The notes under the pieces: generated by a model | The model's input: only the letters and a program-made list of their open reading frames with translations | The model's database searches: none | Told to the model about the DNA's origin: nothing | Shown here: in pieces, positions 12,385 through 24,347 of the stretch | Numbering within the stretch: the first letter of the stretch is position 1 | How the letters are laid out: each line of letters opens with the position of its first letter | Origin: Mustelus asterias | Taxonomy: Eukaryota | Reading direction: 5' to 3' | Assembly (NCBI RefSeq): GCF_964213995.1 | Contig: NW_027590213.1 | Location: forward strand, 310,001-374,000 | Length of the DNA stretch: 64,000 nucleotides | Program-made: the position numbers and the translations under genes

Positions 12385-15220
12385 CTACCATTGCAAAGCA
12401 GATTATGGATAGGTGTGGAGGTCACAGGTTAGTTGTCATGGGTGACTTTAACTTTCCAAATATTGATTGGAACCTTTATAGGTCGAACAGTTCGGATGGG
12501 GCAGTTTTTGTACAGAGTGTGCAGGAGGGTTTCCTGACACAATATGTGGATAGGCCGACAAGAGGTGTGGCCACGTTGGACTTGGTACTGGGTAATGAAC
12601 CGGGCCAAGTATTAGATTTGTTTGTGGGAGAGCACTTTGAAGATAGTGACCACAATTCGGTGTATTTCCTTATTGCAATGGAGAGGGATAGGGCCATACG
12701 GCAGGGCAAGGTTTATAATTGGGGGAGGGGTAATTATGATGCGATTAGGCAAGAATTAGGCAGCATATGATGGGTACAGAAACTGTCAGGGAAAGGCACA
12801 AATGAAAATTGGAGCTTGTTCAAGGAACAAATATTGCGTGTCCTTGATAGGTATGTCCCTGTCAGGCAGGGAGGAAATGGCCGAGTGAGGGAACCATGGT
12901 TCACAAAAGAGGTTGAATGTCTTGTCAAGAGGAAAAAGGAAGCGTATGTAAGATGAGAAAACAAGGTTCAGTTGGGTCGCTTGAGGGTTACAAGGTAGCA
13001 AGGAATGAGTTTAAAAAAGGGCTTAGGAGAGCTAGGAGGGGGCATGAGAAGTCCTTGGCGGGTCGGATCAAGGAAAACCCCAAGGCTTTTTACTCTTATG
13101 TAAGAAATAAAAGAATGACCAAGGTGAGGTTAGGGCCGGTCAAGGATAGTAGTGGGAACTTGTGCATGGAGTCAGAAGAAATAGGAGAGGTGATGAATGA
13201 ATACTTTTCTTCAGTGTTCACCACGGAGAGGGGCCATGTTTTTGAAGATGAGGGTGTGATACAGACTGATAGGCTGGAGGAGGTAGATGTTCTGAGGGAA
13301 GATGTATTCGCAATTTTGAAAAACCTGAGGGTCGATAAGTCCCCTGGGCCAGATGGGATATATCGTAGGATTCTTTGGGAGGAAGGGATGAGATTGCAGA
13401 GTGTTTGGCTTTGATCTTTGGGTTCTCACTGTCCACGGGGATAGTGCCAGAGGACTGGAGAGTGGCGAATGTTGTTCCTCTGTTCAAGAAAGGGAATAGA
13501 AATGACCCTGGTAATTATAGACCGGTTAGTCTTACTTCGCTGGTTGGTAAGTTAATGGAAAAGGTCCTGAGGGATAGGATTTACGACCATTTGGAAGGAT
13601 GCCGCTTAATCCGGGATAGTCAGCACAGATCCGTGAAGGGTAAGTCTTGCCTCACAAATTTGATTGAATTCTTTGAGGAGTCAACTAAGTATGTAGATGA
13701 AGGTAGAACAGTTGGTGTCGTATACATGGATTATCGTAAGGCGTTTGATAAGGCTCCCTAAGGTCGGCTCATGAAGAAAGTAAGGGAGGTGTGGATAGAG
13801 GGAAATTTGGCCAATTGGATAAGCAACTGGCTATCTCATAGAAAGAAGTTTAACAACAGAAGGTCAAAGTCCAACAGGCTTATTTGGTAGCAAAAGCCAC
13901 AGGCTTTCGGAGCCTTAAGCTCCTTCTTCAGGTGAGTGGGAATTCTAATCACAAAAGGGCATATAAAGACACAAACTCAATTTACAGAATAATGGTTGGA
14001 ATGCGAATACTTACAGCTAATCATGTCTTAAAGGTACAAACAATGTGAGTGGAGAGAGCATTAAGACAGGTTAAAGAAATGTGTATTGTCTCCAGACAGG
14101 ACAGCTAGTGAGACATTGCGAGTCCAGGCAAGCTGTGGGGATTACAGATAGTGTGATATGAACCCAATATCCCGGTTTAGGCCGTCCTCATGCGTGCGGA
14201 ACTTGGCTATCAGTTTCTGCTCAGCGACTCTGCGCCGTCGTGTGTCGTGAAGGCCGTTCAGTGCTGTGTCCTCTGCTATTTGTAATTTTTATCAATGACT
14301 TGGAGAAGGGGGCTGAAAGGGGGTCAGTAAATTTGCTGATGACACCAAGATTGGTGAGTAGTGGATGAGGTGGAGGGCTGTTGTAGGCTGCAAAGCAGAG
14401 CTGGGCCGAAAAATGGCAGATGGAGTTTAACCCTAATCAGTGCGAGGTGATTCATTTTGGTAGGACAAATTTGAATGCGGAGTACAGAGTCAACGGCAGG
14501 GTTCTGAGGAACGTGGAGGAACAGAGAGATCTTGGGGTTCATATCCACAGATCTCTGAAGGTTGCCCCTCAAGTGGATAGAGCCGTGAAGAAGGCCTATA
14601 GTGTGTTAGCGTTTATTAACAGGGGGTTTGAGTTTAAGAGCCATGGGCTTATGCTGCAACTGTACAGGACCTTGGTGAGACCTCATTTGGAATATTGTAT
14701 GCAGTTCTGGTCACCTCACTATAAGAAGGTTGTGGAAGCATTGGAGAGAGTGCACAGGAGATTTACCAGGATGCTGCCTGGTTTGGAGGGTAGGTATTAT
14801 GAGGAAAGGTTGAGGGAGCTAGGGCTTTTTCTCATTAGAGCGGAGGAGGATGAGAGGCGAATTAATAGAGGTTGATCAGATGATGAGGGGGATAGATAGA
14901 GTGGACGGTCAAAGACTATTTCCTTGGGTGGATGTAGCTGTTACTGGGGGGCATAACTATAAGGTTCACGGTGGGAGATATAGGAGGGATGTCCGAGGTA
15001 GGTTCTTTACTCAGAGAGTGGTTGGGGTGTGGAATGGACTGTCTGCTGTGATAGTGGAGTCGGAAACTTTAGGAACTTTCAAGGGGTGATTTGATATGCA
15101 CATGGAGCACACCAGAATGATAGGGAGTGGGATAGCTTGATCTTGGTTTCGGACAAAGCTCGGCACCACATCGAGGGCCAAAGGGCCTCTACTGTGCTGT
15201 ACTGTTCTATGTTCTATGAA
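12385..15220 (+). mobile_element. CR1 LINE ORF2 remnant interrupted by a Penelope fragment
   Basis: ORFs 12381-12770 (MGDFNFP, SDH), 13375-13761 and 14420-14875; TTCTATG tail at ~15205-15218. Confidence 0.9.
13845..14260 (-). mobile_element. Penelope-like element 3' fragment (GIY-YIG C-terminus plus pseudo-LTR)
   Basis: Minus strand 14150-14255 reads LHDTRRRRVAEQKLIAKFRTHEDGLNRDIGF; hammerhead-like motif at 13898-13934. Confidence 0.75.
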
Positions 15221-15454
15221 ACAATTGTCGATTGTTGTAAAGACTGATCTGATTCACGGATACCCTTTAAGGAAAGAAATCTACCTTCCTTACTTGACCT
15301 GGCCTACCTGTGACGGCATATCCACACAACAATGCGATTGACTCTCAAACACCATTTGATATGGCCGAACAAACCATTTAATTCAAGGAAAATTAAGGGT
15401 GGACATCCAAAGAATGAAAATGAAAGCAGGGAAATGGCTGCAATTCCTCTTGTG

Positions 15455-15493
15455 GATTTTTGTACAGGGCTGGGTGTGATCTATATCACTGTG
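15455..15493 (-). other. 23-RSS of the IgH-like V
   Basis: CACAGTG + 23 nt + ACAAAAATC. Confidence 0.95.
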
Positions 15494-15969
15494 CCGTTGT
15501 GCACAGTGATATGTAGAGCTGCCTCCCATTGTTAAAGTCCTAATAGAGAGCACGAATACACTGTTGGAAAGGTATTTGGTTGCAGTGATTCGTTCACCAA
15601 ACTCCGGATTGTAATTCTTGCTATTTTCATTGTAGTACCAAAGGAGCCAGCCCGGTCCCTTCCCGAGACTGTGTCGGTACCAAAGCATGGTGTATCTCCC
15701 AAGATCAAATCCACTGGTTTTACAGGTTAGGGTCAGGGTTTGCCCGACTATCCCTATCTCTGCCTCTGGCTGGATCAACACCACATCCGACTGGACGCCT
15801 GCTAACCGAAAGAAACAATAATTATGGTGAGGTGAATCCAGTTTGTGTCACGCCACAGGGAATGATTAATGTTAAACAGAGACTATGGGAGCTTTCTGAG
15901 AATATCCAACTACTCACAGGATAAGAAGCCAATAAACAGACCGAGAGATATTGCTAGCGCCATGCTCAT
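15494..15969 (-). CDS. IgH-like V gene segment (TAILV-like), open reading frame. Leader exon 15918-15969, V exon 15494-15798.
   Basis: Spliced: MSMALAISLGLFIGFLS|CVQSDVVLIQPEAEIGIVGQTLTLTCKTSGFDLGRYTMLWYRHSLGKGPGWLLWYYNENSKNYNPEFGERITATKYLSNSVFVLSIRTLTMGGSSTYHCAQR. GTGAGT donor, CAG acceptor, phase 1. FR1 resembles shark VH (DVVLxQPEAE..LTCKTSGF). Confidence 0.9.
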
Positions 15970-17034
15970 GGAGCTTGTGTTAACTTAGACACCCTCCTCC
16001 CGGGACTCCCTCCAGTCATTCACTGAACAGAGCACTGGGCCGATCTTTAACTTCTGATCGTTAGTCACAACGGTTTGTACAAGGGCAGGGGGAGGGTTTT
16101 GACAAGACACCAATTAGAATAGAAGACACTGTCAACACGTGACAATATATCCATATCAATACAGAATGGGCGCCAACGAATTTGCATTGTTAAATAAAGC
16201 TGCAAAGATTCATTGTTACTCAGGGCGAATTGAATCATATTCCTCATGTTTCCGTTAACAGTACCGTCTGGAACATTATTTTCATTAGGGGACTGATTCC
16301 ATGTTGCTTTAGCAGAATGATTTAATAAGGTAGGCTCTTAGCATGACCGTCACATGCTGTCCAAACTGCCCATTCAATTCACTGACATAACAACACCGAT
16401 AATCTCCCCTGTACATTCCACAGATCGCTTCATATTCCAATTCAAGCAATATATCCAATGCTCAAGGAAATTTGTTGTTGAATCTTCATCCAGACAATGC
16501 ATTCCAGATCCCAGCTGTTTAAAGAATAATCCATTATTCTGTAGTTACGTGTGTAGTCTGGAGAATCTTTCCCAGTTTGGATGGGAGTGATTTGGAGGTG
16601 AACCTCCAGGTCGTGGTGGTCCCAGGTATCTGCTGCTCTTATCCCCTAGATGGCAGTGTTTGTAGGTTTGGAAAGTGCTGCCTAAAGAGCCTTAGCGAGT
16701 TCGTGCATGTCTAAATGTTTGCCACTGTGCCACGTCTGCCAATGTGTGAGTATTTGTGGAATTGGTTGCCATCAACTGAATTGCTTTGTACTAAATAGTG
16801 TCGAGCTTCTTGAGTGTTGTTGGAGCTTCATTCATTCAGTCAACGGGCCGCAGTAGCATAGTGGCATCTGGTCCGTCGTCTTGGAGGTTAGAGAACATCC
16901 GGTGCAGATCCGGGTAGCTTTTATAGGCGATTAAGCCTAATATCTTGGATCATGATAATATGTTCCATGCTGCGGCTGTACACTTTCCAATGGTACTTGT
17001 TAAAGCACCACATGGTCGACTTTTTAGCATTGAA

Positions 17035-17430
17035 TCACAGAAAATAGGAGCGGGAATAGATCATTCGGCCCTTAGAGCCTGCTCCATCATTCATTATGAT
17101 CATGGCTGATCTTCTATTGCAATACTCCTTTCTCCCTACAACCCTTCACACCTTTAGAGTCTAGAAATCTATCTATTTCATTTTTAAATATATTCAGATA
17201 CTTGGCCTCCGCAACTTCCTGAGGTGGAGAGTTCCACAGCTTCTGAGTGAAGACATTTCTCATAAATGACCTGTCACATATTTTGAAACGCTGACACTCT
17301 GTTCTAGACGCTCCACCACCCCCCCCCCCCTCCCCCGTCCACCGCCCCCCCCTCCCCAAACCCCGGAGCCAGAGGAAGCAACATTCCTGAATCCAGTCTG
17401 ACCAGCCCTGTCAGGATTTGAAAAGTTTGA
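17035..17430 (-). mobile_element. Old CR1 3' fragment
   Basis: ORF 17114-17359 (RNVFTQKLWNSPPQEVAEAKYLNIFKNEIDRFL). Confidence 0.7.
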
Positions 17431-17643
17431 GTGATATTACAAAAATTTCATTCCACTTAGCAAACTTAAACCACATGAGATTTATGAGGAAGTGACTGTC
17501 CGGGTGTGATATTATCCGTACGTTAGATGGATGGCCTTATTCTGTGTGGTAGAGTAACACTATGGTTCCATGAATTGTTGTCAGCAATGAATCTATTGGA
17601 GTTTGATGAAGGGGACAAACTGTGTGCAGTTCCTCTAGTTTGG

Positions 17644-17682
17644 GTTTTTTTTACAAATCTGGGGCTGACCCGCCTCACTGTG
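17644..17682 (-). other. 23-RSS of the V pseudogene
   Basis: CACAGTG + 23 nt + AAAAAAAAC. Confidence 0.85.
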
Positions 17683-18438
17683 TTAACTGTGTACTCTAAT
17701 AAGCAGCTGTTTCCTCCATCGTCAGAAACCTGACATCCAAAGCAAATATATTGTGTGCAAGCTCTTTGGAAACAGTGAATCGTCCTCGAGTCTCCCCACA
17801 GTATCAATGGAAGTCTTCATCATAGTAGGAAACTAGCCAGTCTGACATCTTTCAGGTACCATGACAGTACCAGTACAGCCAATAGCCACTGAAGTCGAAG
17901 CCGCTGGTATTGCAGGTCAGGGACAGGGACTACACTGGGAACCACTTCTCTGCCTCTGGCTGCGTCAGAACTACTTCCGACTGGACACCTGTTAAAGTCA
18001 AAGAGACATCCATTATTGTGATGGGCGGATCGGTGGCACAGTGGTTTTTATTCCAGGCCTGAGTACTATCTGTGTGGAGTTTAGACGTTCTCCCCGTGCC
18101 TGCGTGGGTTTCCTCTGAATGCTCCAATTTCCTTCCACAGTCCAAAGATATGCACGCTAGGTGGATTTATCATGCTAACGTGTTCCTAAATATCGGTAGA
18201 TGTCTCGATTAGGTGATTAGCAGGGGTTACGGGGACATGGCAGAGTGGGCCTGGGTGCAAACTCAATGGTGAAATAGCCTCCTTCTCACTGTAGGGATTC
18301 TATGATGATTCCTTCCCCTGTAACACACCATTGAAAGGTGAGGTTCTGCAAACACACACAGCAGGAATTTGGGGAAATGTCAAGCAGCTCACTGCAGAAG
18401 GAACCCTCCAATAGTCCGAGTAACATTGTTAACCTCAT
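17683..18438 (-). pseudogene. IgH-like V pseudogene, paralog of 15494-15969. Leader 18393-18438, V exon 17683-17988.
   Basis: MRLTMLLGLLEGSFC|SVQSEVVLTQPEAEKWFPV*SLSLTCNTSGFDFSGYWLYWYCHGT*KMSDWLVSYYDEDFH*YCGETRGRFTVSKELAHNIFALDVRFLTMEETAAY*S. Four in-frame stops and the second canonical Cys is lost. Confidence 0.88.
18020..18305 (+). mobile_element. HE1-like V-SINE in the leader intron of the V pseudogene
   Basis: GGTGGCACAGTGG head and V-SINE core TGTGTGGAGTTT..GTTCTCCCCGTG..TGCGTGGGTTTCCTC. Confidence 0.75.
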
Positions 18439-18889
18439 GGTCAAGAACAGGAGGAACAAGGTGCATTTCAAACTGCTTGCTGTCGCTGCAAGCTTGCTTT
18501 CAGTTATTGGTGTGTTGGGACACCAAGGTCCCTTTGCACAACAATAGCAGTTTCTGCAAGAACATACCCAGAATTTGCAACCGATAACACATTCTTTAGA
18601 GCCAATAATAATTGTGTCTTTTTCTTAAAGCAGCAAGGGCCAAATATTGAATAATTCCAATGTCACAAATGTTCATTTTTGCAGCAAATTGTGATTACTG
18701 TCTCATTCATCTCGAGATTCGCCCCTTTCCTCAGCAATAGTGTCACTCAGTTAGAACAATAATATTCTAAGGGACAAAGTGCAACCGAATGCACTAGCCC
18801 TGGTGAAATCAGAAAGGCTCTGGTCCTGGTGTGAGAGACCCCAAACACATTGGCTGCAGCTGGACTGTGAGCACAAGTGGAAATGGACA

Positions 18890-19325
18890 ATGGTCCAATT
18901 TCCCAGCACTTGGTCCGTAGCCTTGCATGCTATAGCGTTTCAAATGCTCATCTGAATGCTTCCTAAATGTGTTGAGGGGTTACCGCCTGTACCACCCTTT
19001 CAAGCAGTCAGTTCCAGATTCCCACCACCCACTGGGTGAAAGTGTTTTGATCCCAAATCCACTCTCAATCTGCTGACCATTACCTTAAATTTATGTCGCC
19101 TTGTTATTGACCTCTCCACGAAGGGGAAATGTCCCTTCCTATTCACAATATCTATATCCCTCCTAATTTTGTACACCTCAATCAGTTCCACCCCCCTCCT
19201 CATTTTATCTGCTGTAAGGAAAGCACCTCCAAACTAACCAGCCTCTCTTCATCGCTGAAACGCTCCAGCCCAGGCAGCATCCTTGTCAGCCTCCTCTGCA
19301 CCCTCTCTGGTGTAATCACACCCTT
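18890..19325 (-). mobile_element. Old CR1 3' fragment
   Basis: ORF 19000-19203 (RRGVELIEVYKI). Confidence 0.7.
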
Positions 19326-19409
19326 CAAAGTCTCTCTTCATGTATAAAAGTCAGCGTGTACCCATCTCTTGTTCAGAACTGATCACACTGTGCCTTCCTG
19401 CTTATTTAT

Positions 19410-19655
19410 TCATAAAGTTTATTTGTTAGTGTCACAAGTAGGCTTACATTAACACTGCAATGAAGTTACTATGAAAATCCCCTAGTTGCCACATTCTGGC
19501 GCCTGTCCCGGGCACACTGAGGGAGAAGTTAGCATGGTCAAAGCACCCAACCAGTATGTCTTTTGGACAGTGGATGTAAACTGGAGCATCACGAGGAAAC
19601 CCATGCAGACACGATAGGAACGTGCAAACTCTGCACAGACTGTGACCCCAAGCCG
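19410..19655 (-). mobile_element. V-SINE
   Basis: Shares GTCACAAGTAGGCTTACATTAACACTGCAATGAAGTTACT and the V-core with 20775-21060. Confidence 0.7.
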
Positions 19656-20124
19656 TCCATCACCTGTAAATCAGTCTCTGGTAACCATACATCCACTTTG
19701 CGTGCTAGTCCAGCAGTTGATGTGGCTGCTAATCTATCTAACTCTCTGGTGTCCATATATCTTTGTGTGTTAGTCAATCTGCCGATGAAACTATCCACTA
19801 AACTGTCCAGTGACCATATATTTGTCTTCTTTAATTCATCAGTTCGCGTGTCTATAACTCGATCTACCTAACTGTCCAGTGACCATATATCTGCTTTGTA
19901 TGTGAATGCATCAATTCCTGTGTTTACCACTCTATTTATCTAGCTGTCTAGTGGCCATATATCTGTTTTGTGTGTTACTGAATCAGCTGATGTGTCTAAG
20001 AATCTAATTCACATCTGTCTGCCTGTCCATCCCTGTGTTGATGCTGCAATTCTACAACACCGACATTGGACAATGGGGCTACAAATCATGCCCAGCGTCC
20101 CCATTGCCTGGGAGAGGAACCTAC

Positions 20125-20163
20125 AGTTTACGTAGAGGCTGCTGCCTGGAATGTGCGAGTGTG
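20125..20163 (-). other. Degenerate 23-RSS
   Basis: CACACTC + 23 nt + ACGTAAACT directly after the V exon. Confidence 0.7.
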
Positions 20164-21238
20164 TGTGTTTAAGATGCAGAAGTATTTCCTGGAGTCCTCA
20201 GCTGTCACCGGTGCAACTGTCAGACTGATGATTCTGTAAGTTTTGCTCAGGGAGGAGGAAAAGCGACGCCTGGAAAATGTGGCGCTGTCACTGAAACCAT
20301 CGGTGCAGCGGACGACAATATACTCGGGACTTCCCCCCATGGCTGGGTGGAGAGGTTCCCGGTACCAGACCAAGCAAGCTCTCTCCACCTCTGTGTATGA
20401 GCAGGTGATTGTCGTGGTGGCTCCCTGTTGGACCCTCACCTCTGCCTCCGGCTGGTGGATGACTGCGGATGCAGCCAGGCTACCTGAAGGATAGAGAAAA
20501 TTAGAATTAAGTGGAGGTTCCAGGCACTCTATCGATTTGAAACTGGGGAGCTGCGGGGGAGGGGGAGGATGGGGTGTGCCCAATGGAGGTTGGCCCCAGT
20601 TCCCACTGCCTTTTCTCACTACTGAAGCTTTTAAATAACTATTTGTAAAATTCCAATCATTAAATAAACTCAGTCACCAGTAATGTTGCTGTGTACTTAT
20701 CTCGAAAGATCAACATTAAATATAAGAATATAAAATAATTTATTGAAAGGAAATCAATGAGAATAACTAAATTAAGTTGATTTATCAGTGTCACAAGTGG
20801 GCTTACATTAACACTGCAATGAAGTTACTGTCGCCACGCTCCAGCGCCTGTTCTATTACACTGAGGGAGAGAATAGCACGGCCAATGCACCTAATCAGCA
20901 CATGTTTCGGACTGCAGGAGGAAAACATAGCACCCGGAGGAAACTCACGCAGACATGGGGGGAACGTGCAGACTCTGCACAGTGACCCAAGCCGGTAATC
21001 GAATCCGGGTCCCTGGCGCTGTGAGGCAGCAGTGCTAAACATTGTGCCAAAATGCCGCCCCTAATAATTAATTAAATCCAACCACTGCGAATATTGCTCT
21101 ACTTTTTCTCTAAAAGCAACATTAAATGTGGAAGAATAAAAGGCTTTCTTGAGAGGTAATCAATGAGAATGTGAAGTGTAACTCACCTGATATGATTGCT
21201 GCTAGAATGAAAGCTTTTAACCCTCGTGGGCGATCCAT
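20164..21238 (-). CDS. TCR alpha/delta-type V gene segment, open, with two non-canonical Cys. Leader 21187-21238, V exon 20164-20483.
   Basis: MDRPRGLKAFILAAIIS|GSLAASAVIHQPEAEVRVQQGATTTITCSYTEVERACLVWYREPLHPAMGGSPEYIVVRCTDGFSDSATFSRRRFSSSLSKTYRIISLTVAPVTAEDSRKYFCILN; phase-1 GTGAGT/CAG splice sites. Confidence 0.85.
20775..21062 (-). mobile_element. Full-length V-SINE (tRNA-derived head) in the leader intron
   Basis: Minus strand starts GGGCGGCATTTTGGCACAATGTTTAGCACTGCTGCCTCACAGCGCCAGGGACCCGGATTCGATT, followed by the V-core. Confidence 0.8.
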
Positions 21239-23144
21239 CTGCAAGTTGTATTTGCAATGGGTAGAATAGTACAATATATCTTGACTCGCTTCTTTATAGT
21301 GAGGAACAGGCCTGAAGAGGAAGTGCAGTTATTAGGCTTCCACCGAAATAGGAACTATGCAGCCAGCTTGTTTGTACACGATGTATTACCAAAACATCTG
21401 TAACAAGAGTGGAGTCAATGGAGAATGCGACAATTAGGAGCAGCGTCTTAGACTGCGTTGTCACTGTGTCCACTGTAATGAAAGTGAGACCGAACACATT
21501 GATACAGGCATTGGAATTGAGAGATAAGAGTGTGATAGAGGACAGTGAAACAGAGACACCAAGAGGTGGGGGTGGACATTTTGTTGGCTTTCCTGCCACC
21601 TGATGGAAGAAATAAGAATTTCTCCATCAGCAATCTCCTGCTTTGCTTTGGAACACAGTAGTTACTTCTGAAATCTTTTCAGAAGGGCGTTGCAGAAACA
21701 CGGCTGTGATCATTAAATAGCGGCACGGTGTAAAAGATTAATTGCAGCGAAAAGGCAAGACTCGCAAGAAGGCAGTCATACCCAAACACAAGCACACAGA
21801 CACAGATACACACAGAGTCTCTCACTTCCAGCAATCTCCCTCTGTTGGACTCTCTTATTTCACATACATACTCACACACACACACACACACTCGGACGCG
21901 CGCATGCACGCATACACACACTATCTTTTGCATTTCAAGGTATGGTACCTTAACAAAGGCCCTCTGAAAGTATAGATATACCATATCTACAGGATCCCCA
22001 GTGTCCACTTTGCTTGTTACATCTTCGAAGAACTCTAGCAAATTAGTCAAAACGATTTGCCCTTCGTAAAACCATGCTGACCCTAATGGATTGCATTTTG
22101 GCATTCTAATTGTCCCGTTACTACAATCTTAAAAATGGATTCTAATAACTTTAGAACGACAGGTGTCAAACTAGCTGGTGTCTGGTTTTATACCTTCTGT
22201 CTCCTTCCCGCTTTGAATATGGGCATTATATTATCTTTTTTCCAACCCACTGGAACCGTTCCCACATCCAGGAAATTTTGGAAGATTATAACCAATGTGC
22301 CTACTATCACTTTCTTTAAGACCATAAGCTGTAGGCGATTCGGCCCTGGGGACTTGACTGTCTTCAATCCCAACTGTTTGCTTAACACTTTTTCACTATT
22401 GATCATCATTTTTCTCAGTTCCTTCCTTTCTATTACCTCTGCATTTCCTGTTGCTATTGTGATGGTGCTCGATTTGCCCAGCGTGATAACTGAGGCAAGC
22501 TATTGATTGAGAGTTTCCACCATTTCTATTTCCCCCACGATTAATTCCCTAGTCGAATCCTCCAAGGGTCCAACAATCACATTCGCTCCACTCTTCACTT
22601 TTAGATATTTAAGATGCTTTTGCAGTACTTCTTTAAATGTTGTGCGTGTTTTCTTTCATAATTTACCTTGGATCTTTTTGTTACTTTTCAGTAACCCATT
22701 GTTGATCATTACAAGTTTCCCAATCCTCCAGTCTGCCACAGGCCTTTGCAATATGATATGCATTAGCTTTTCTTTTCATGCTATCTTTAGCTTCCTTGCT
22801 TAGCCATGGATATTTCTCCCCCTCTTACAGTCTGTATTCCTCATGGGAATGTATTTTAGTTGGGAGGAATTAATTGTCCCCTTCAGCATTTGCCACTGAT
22901 CATCAACTGTCCTGCCTTTTAGTCTTCTTTCCCAGTCCACTCGGGCCAATTTTGTCCTCATGTCTTCGTAATTCCCTGTGTTTAACTGCAGAAGTCTAGT
23001 GTGGGACTCGAGTTTCTCGTCCTCAAACTGAATTTGGAATTCTATCTAACTATGATCACTCTTGGCTAGAGGATCTTAACTATTAGATCATTATTTAATC
23101 CCTGCTGATTACACAATGCCAAATCCAGAATAGTCTGCTCCCTA

Positions 23145-24347
23145 TAATAAAAAAAAATACTGCTGATGTTGGGATCTGAAAGAAACACAGAAAATGCTCA
23201 AAAAATCTCAGCAGATCTTACAGCATCTGTGGAGGGAGAATCGAGCCAATATTTCGAGTCAGGGTGACCCTTCCTCAGAGCTGAAGACAAGGAAAGTTGG
23301 ACAAGATTTATACTGTGAGCGTGGGTTTTTTCTGGGGGCGGGGAACTATAATTGAAACAAATAGCATAGACAAAACGACAAAGGGAATGTAAATGGTGAT
23401 GATCAAGGCTGAGAATGTTGCTAAGAGCGTCCAATTAGAGATTGGAATGTGTAAATGGCAGAACCGAAAGTGCACAGTCTATGAATGTGGCAGTTATCCT
23501 TAGTGGAATGGGGAGTGGGGTGGGTAGATGAAGTAAAATGAAAAGCGATATTTTAGATGTTGATAAATAGAAGTAAAAGTAGAAAATAATAAAAAAATGG
23601 ACGAATGCGATGAAAAGAAGATGGCGTGGAGGTGGAGTAGAGAGGTCATGCTCTGAAATTGTTGAACTCAATCCTCAGTCCGGAAGGCTGTAATTTGTCT
23701 AATCTGAAGATGAAGTGCTGTTCCTTCATTTTACGTTGGGCTTCACTGGAACATTGGAAGAGGGCAAGGACAGACGTGTGGATAGGAGAGCAGGGTGGTG
23801 TGTCGAAGCTGCAGGAAGATCTGGGTCCTGCTTGCGGACAGACCAGAATTATTCTGCAAATCACTCTGCATTGTTCTCTACAATGTAGATTAGGCAGCAT
23901 CGCGAGCAGCGAATGCCATAGACGAGATTAAAGGAGATGCACGTGAAGCGCTCCTTCACCGGGAAAGAGTTTTTGGAGCCTAAGATGCTGAGGAGGGAGC
24001 AGAAGAAGGGGCAGGTATAGCATTTTCTATGGTAGCATGGAAAAGTGCCGCTGGCGGTGGGTGAGTTTCTAGGTGTGATCAAGAAGTGGAAAAGGATGCC
24101 CCGGAGGGAATGATCCCTATGAAATACTGGCAGGGGGAGTGAGGGGAAATTGGGTTGAAAGGTAACATTATGCAGGTGTTGGCAGAAATGGTGGAGGATG
24201 ATTCTTTTAATGCGGAGGCGTGTGAGCTGGAAAGTGAGTATAAAGCGGATGCTATCCTGGTTTTGGGAGGGAGGAGAGAGTGTGAGAGCAGTAGCCTGGG
24301 AGATGTGTGGGACACGGTTGAGAGCCGTGTCCACCACATTGGGTGGA
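23145..24347 (-). mobile_element. Penelope-like element fragment (GIY-YIG endonuclease plus pseudo-LTR)
   Basis: GTFPCYHRKCYTCP..FTCISFNLVYGIRCSRCCLIYI (23861-24556) and RKMKEQHFIFRLDKLQPSGLRIEF (23646-23900); hammerhead-like motif ~23244-23282. Confidence 0.8.

Noticed and set aside
15502-15508. Plus-strand CACAGTG inside the V 3' end as an inverted cryptic RSS
   Set aside because: It arises from the His-Cys-Ala codons, and no matching nonamer is seen at the correct spacing.
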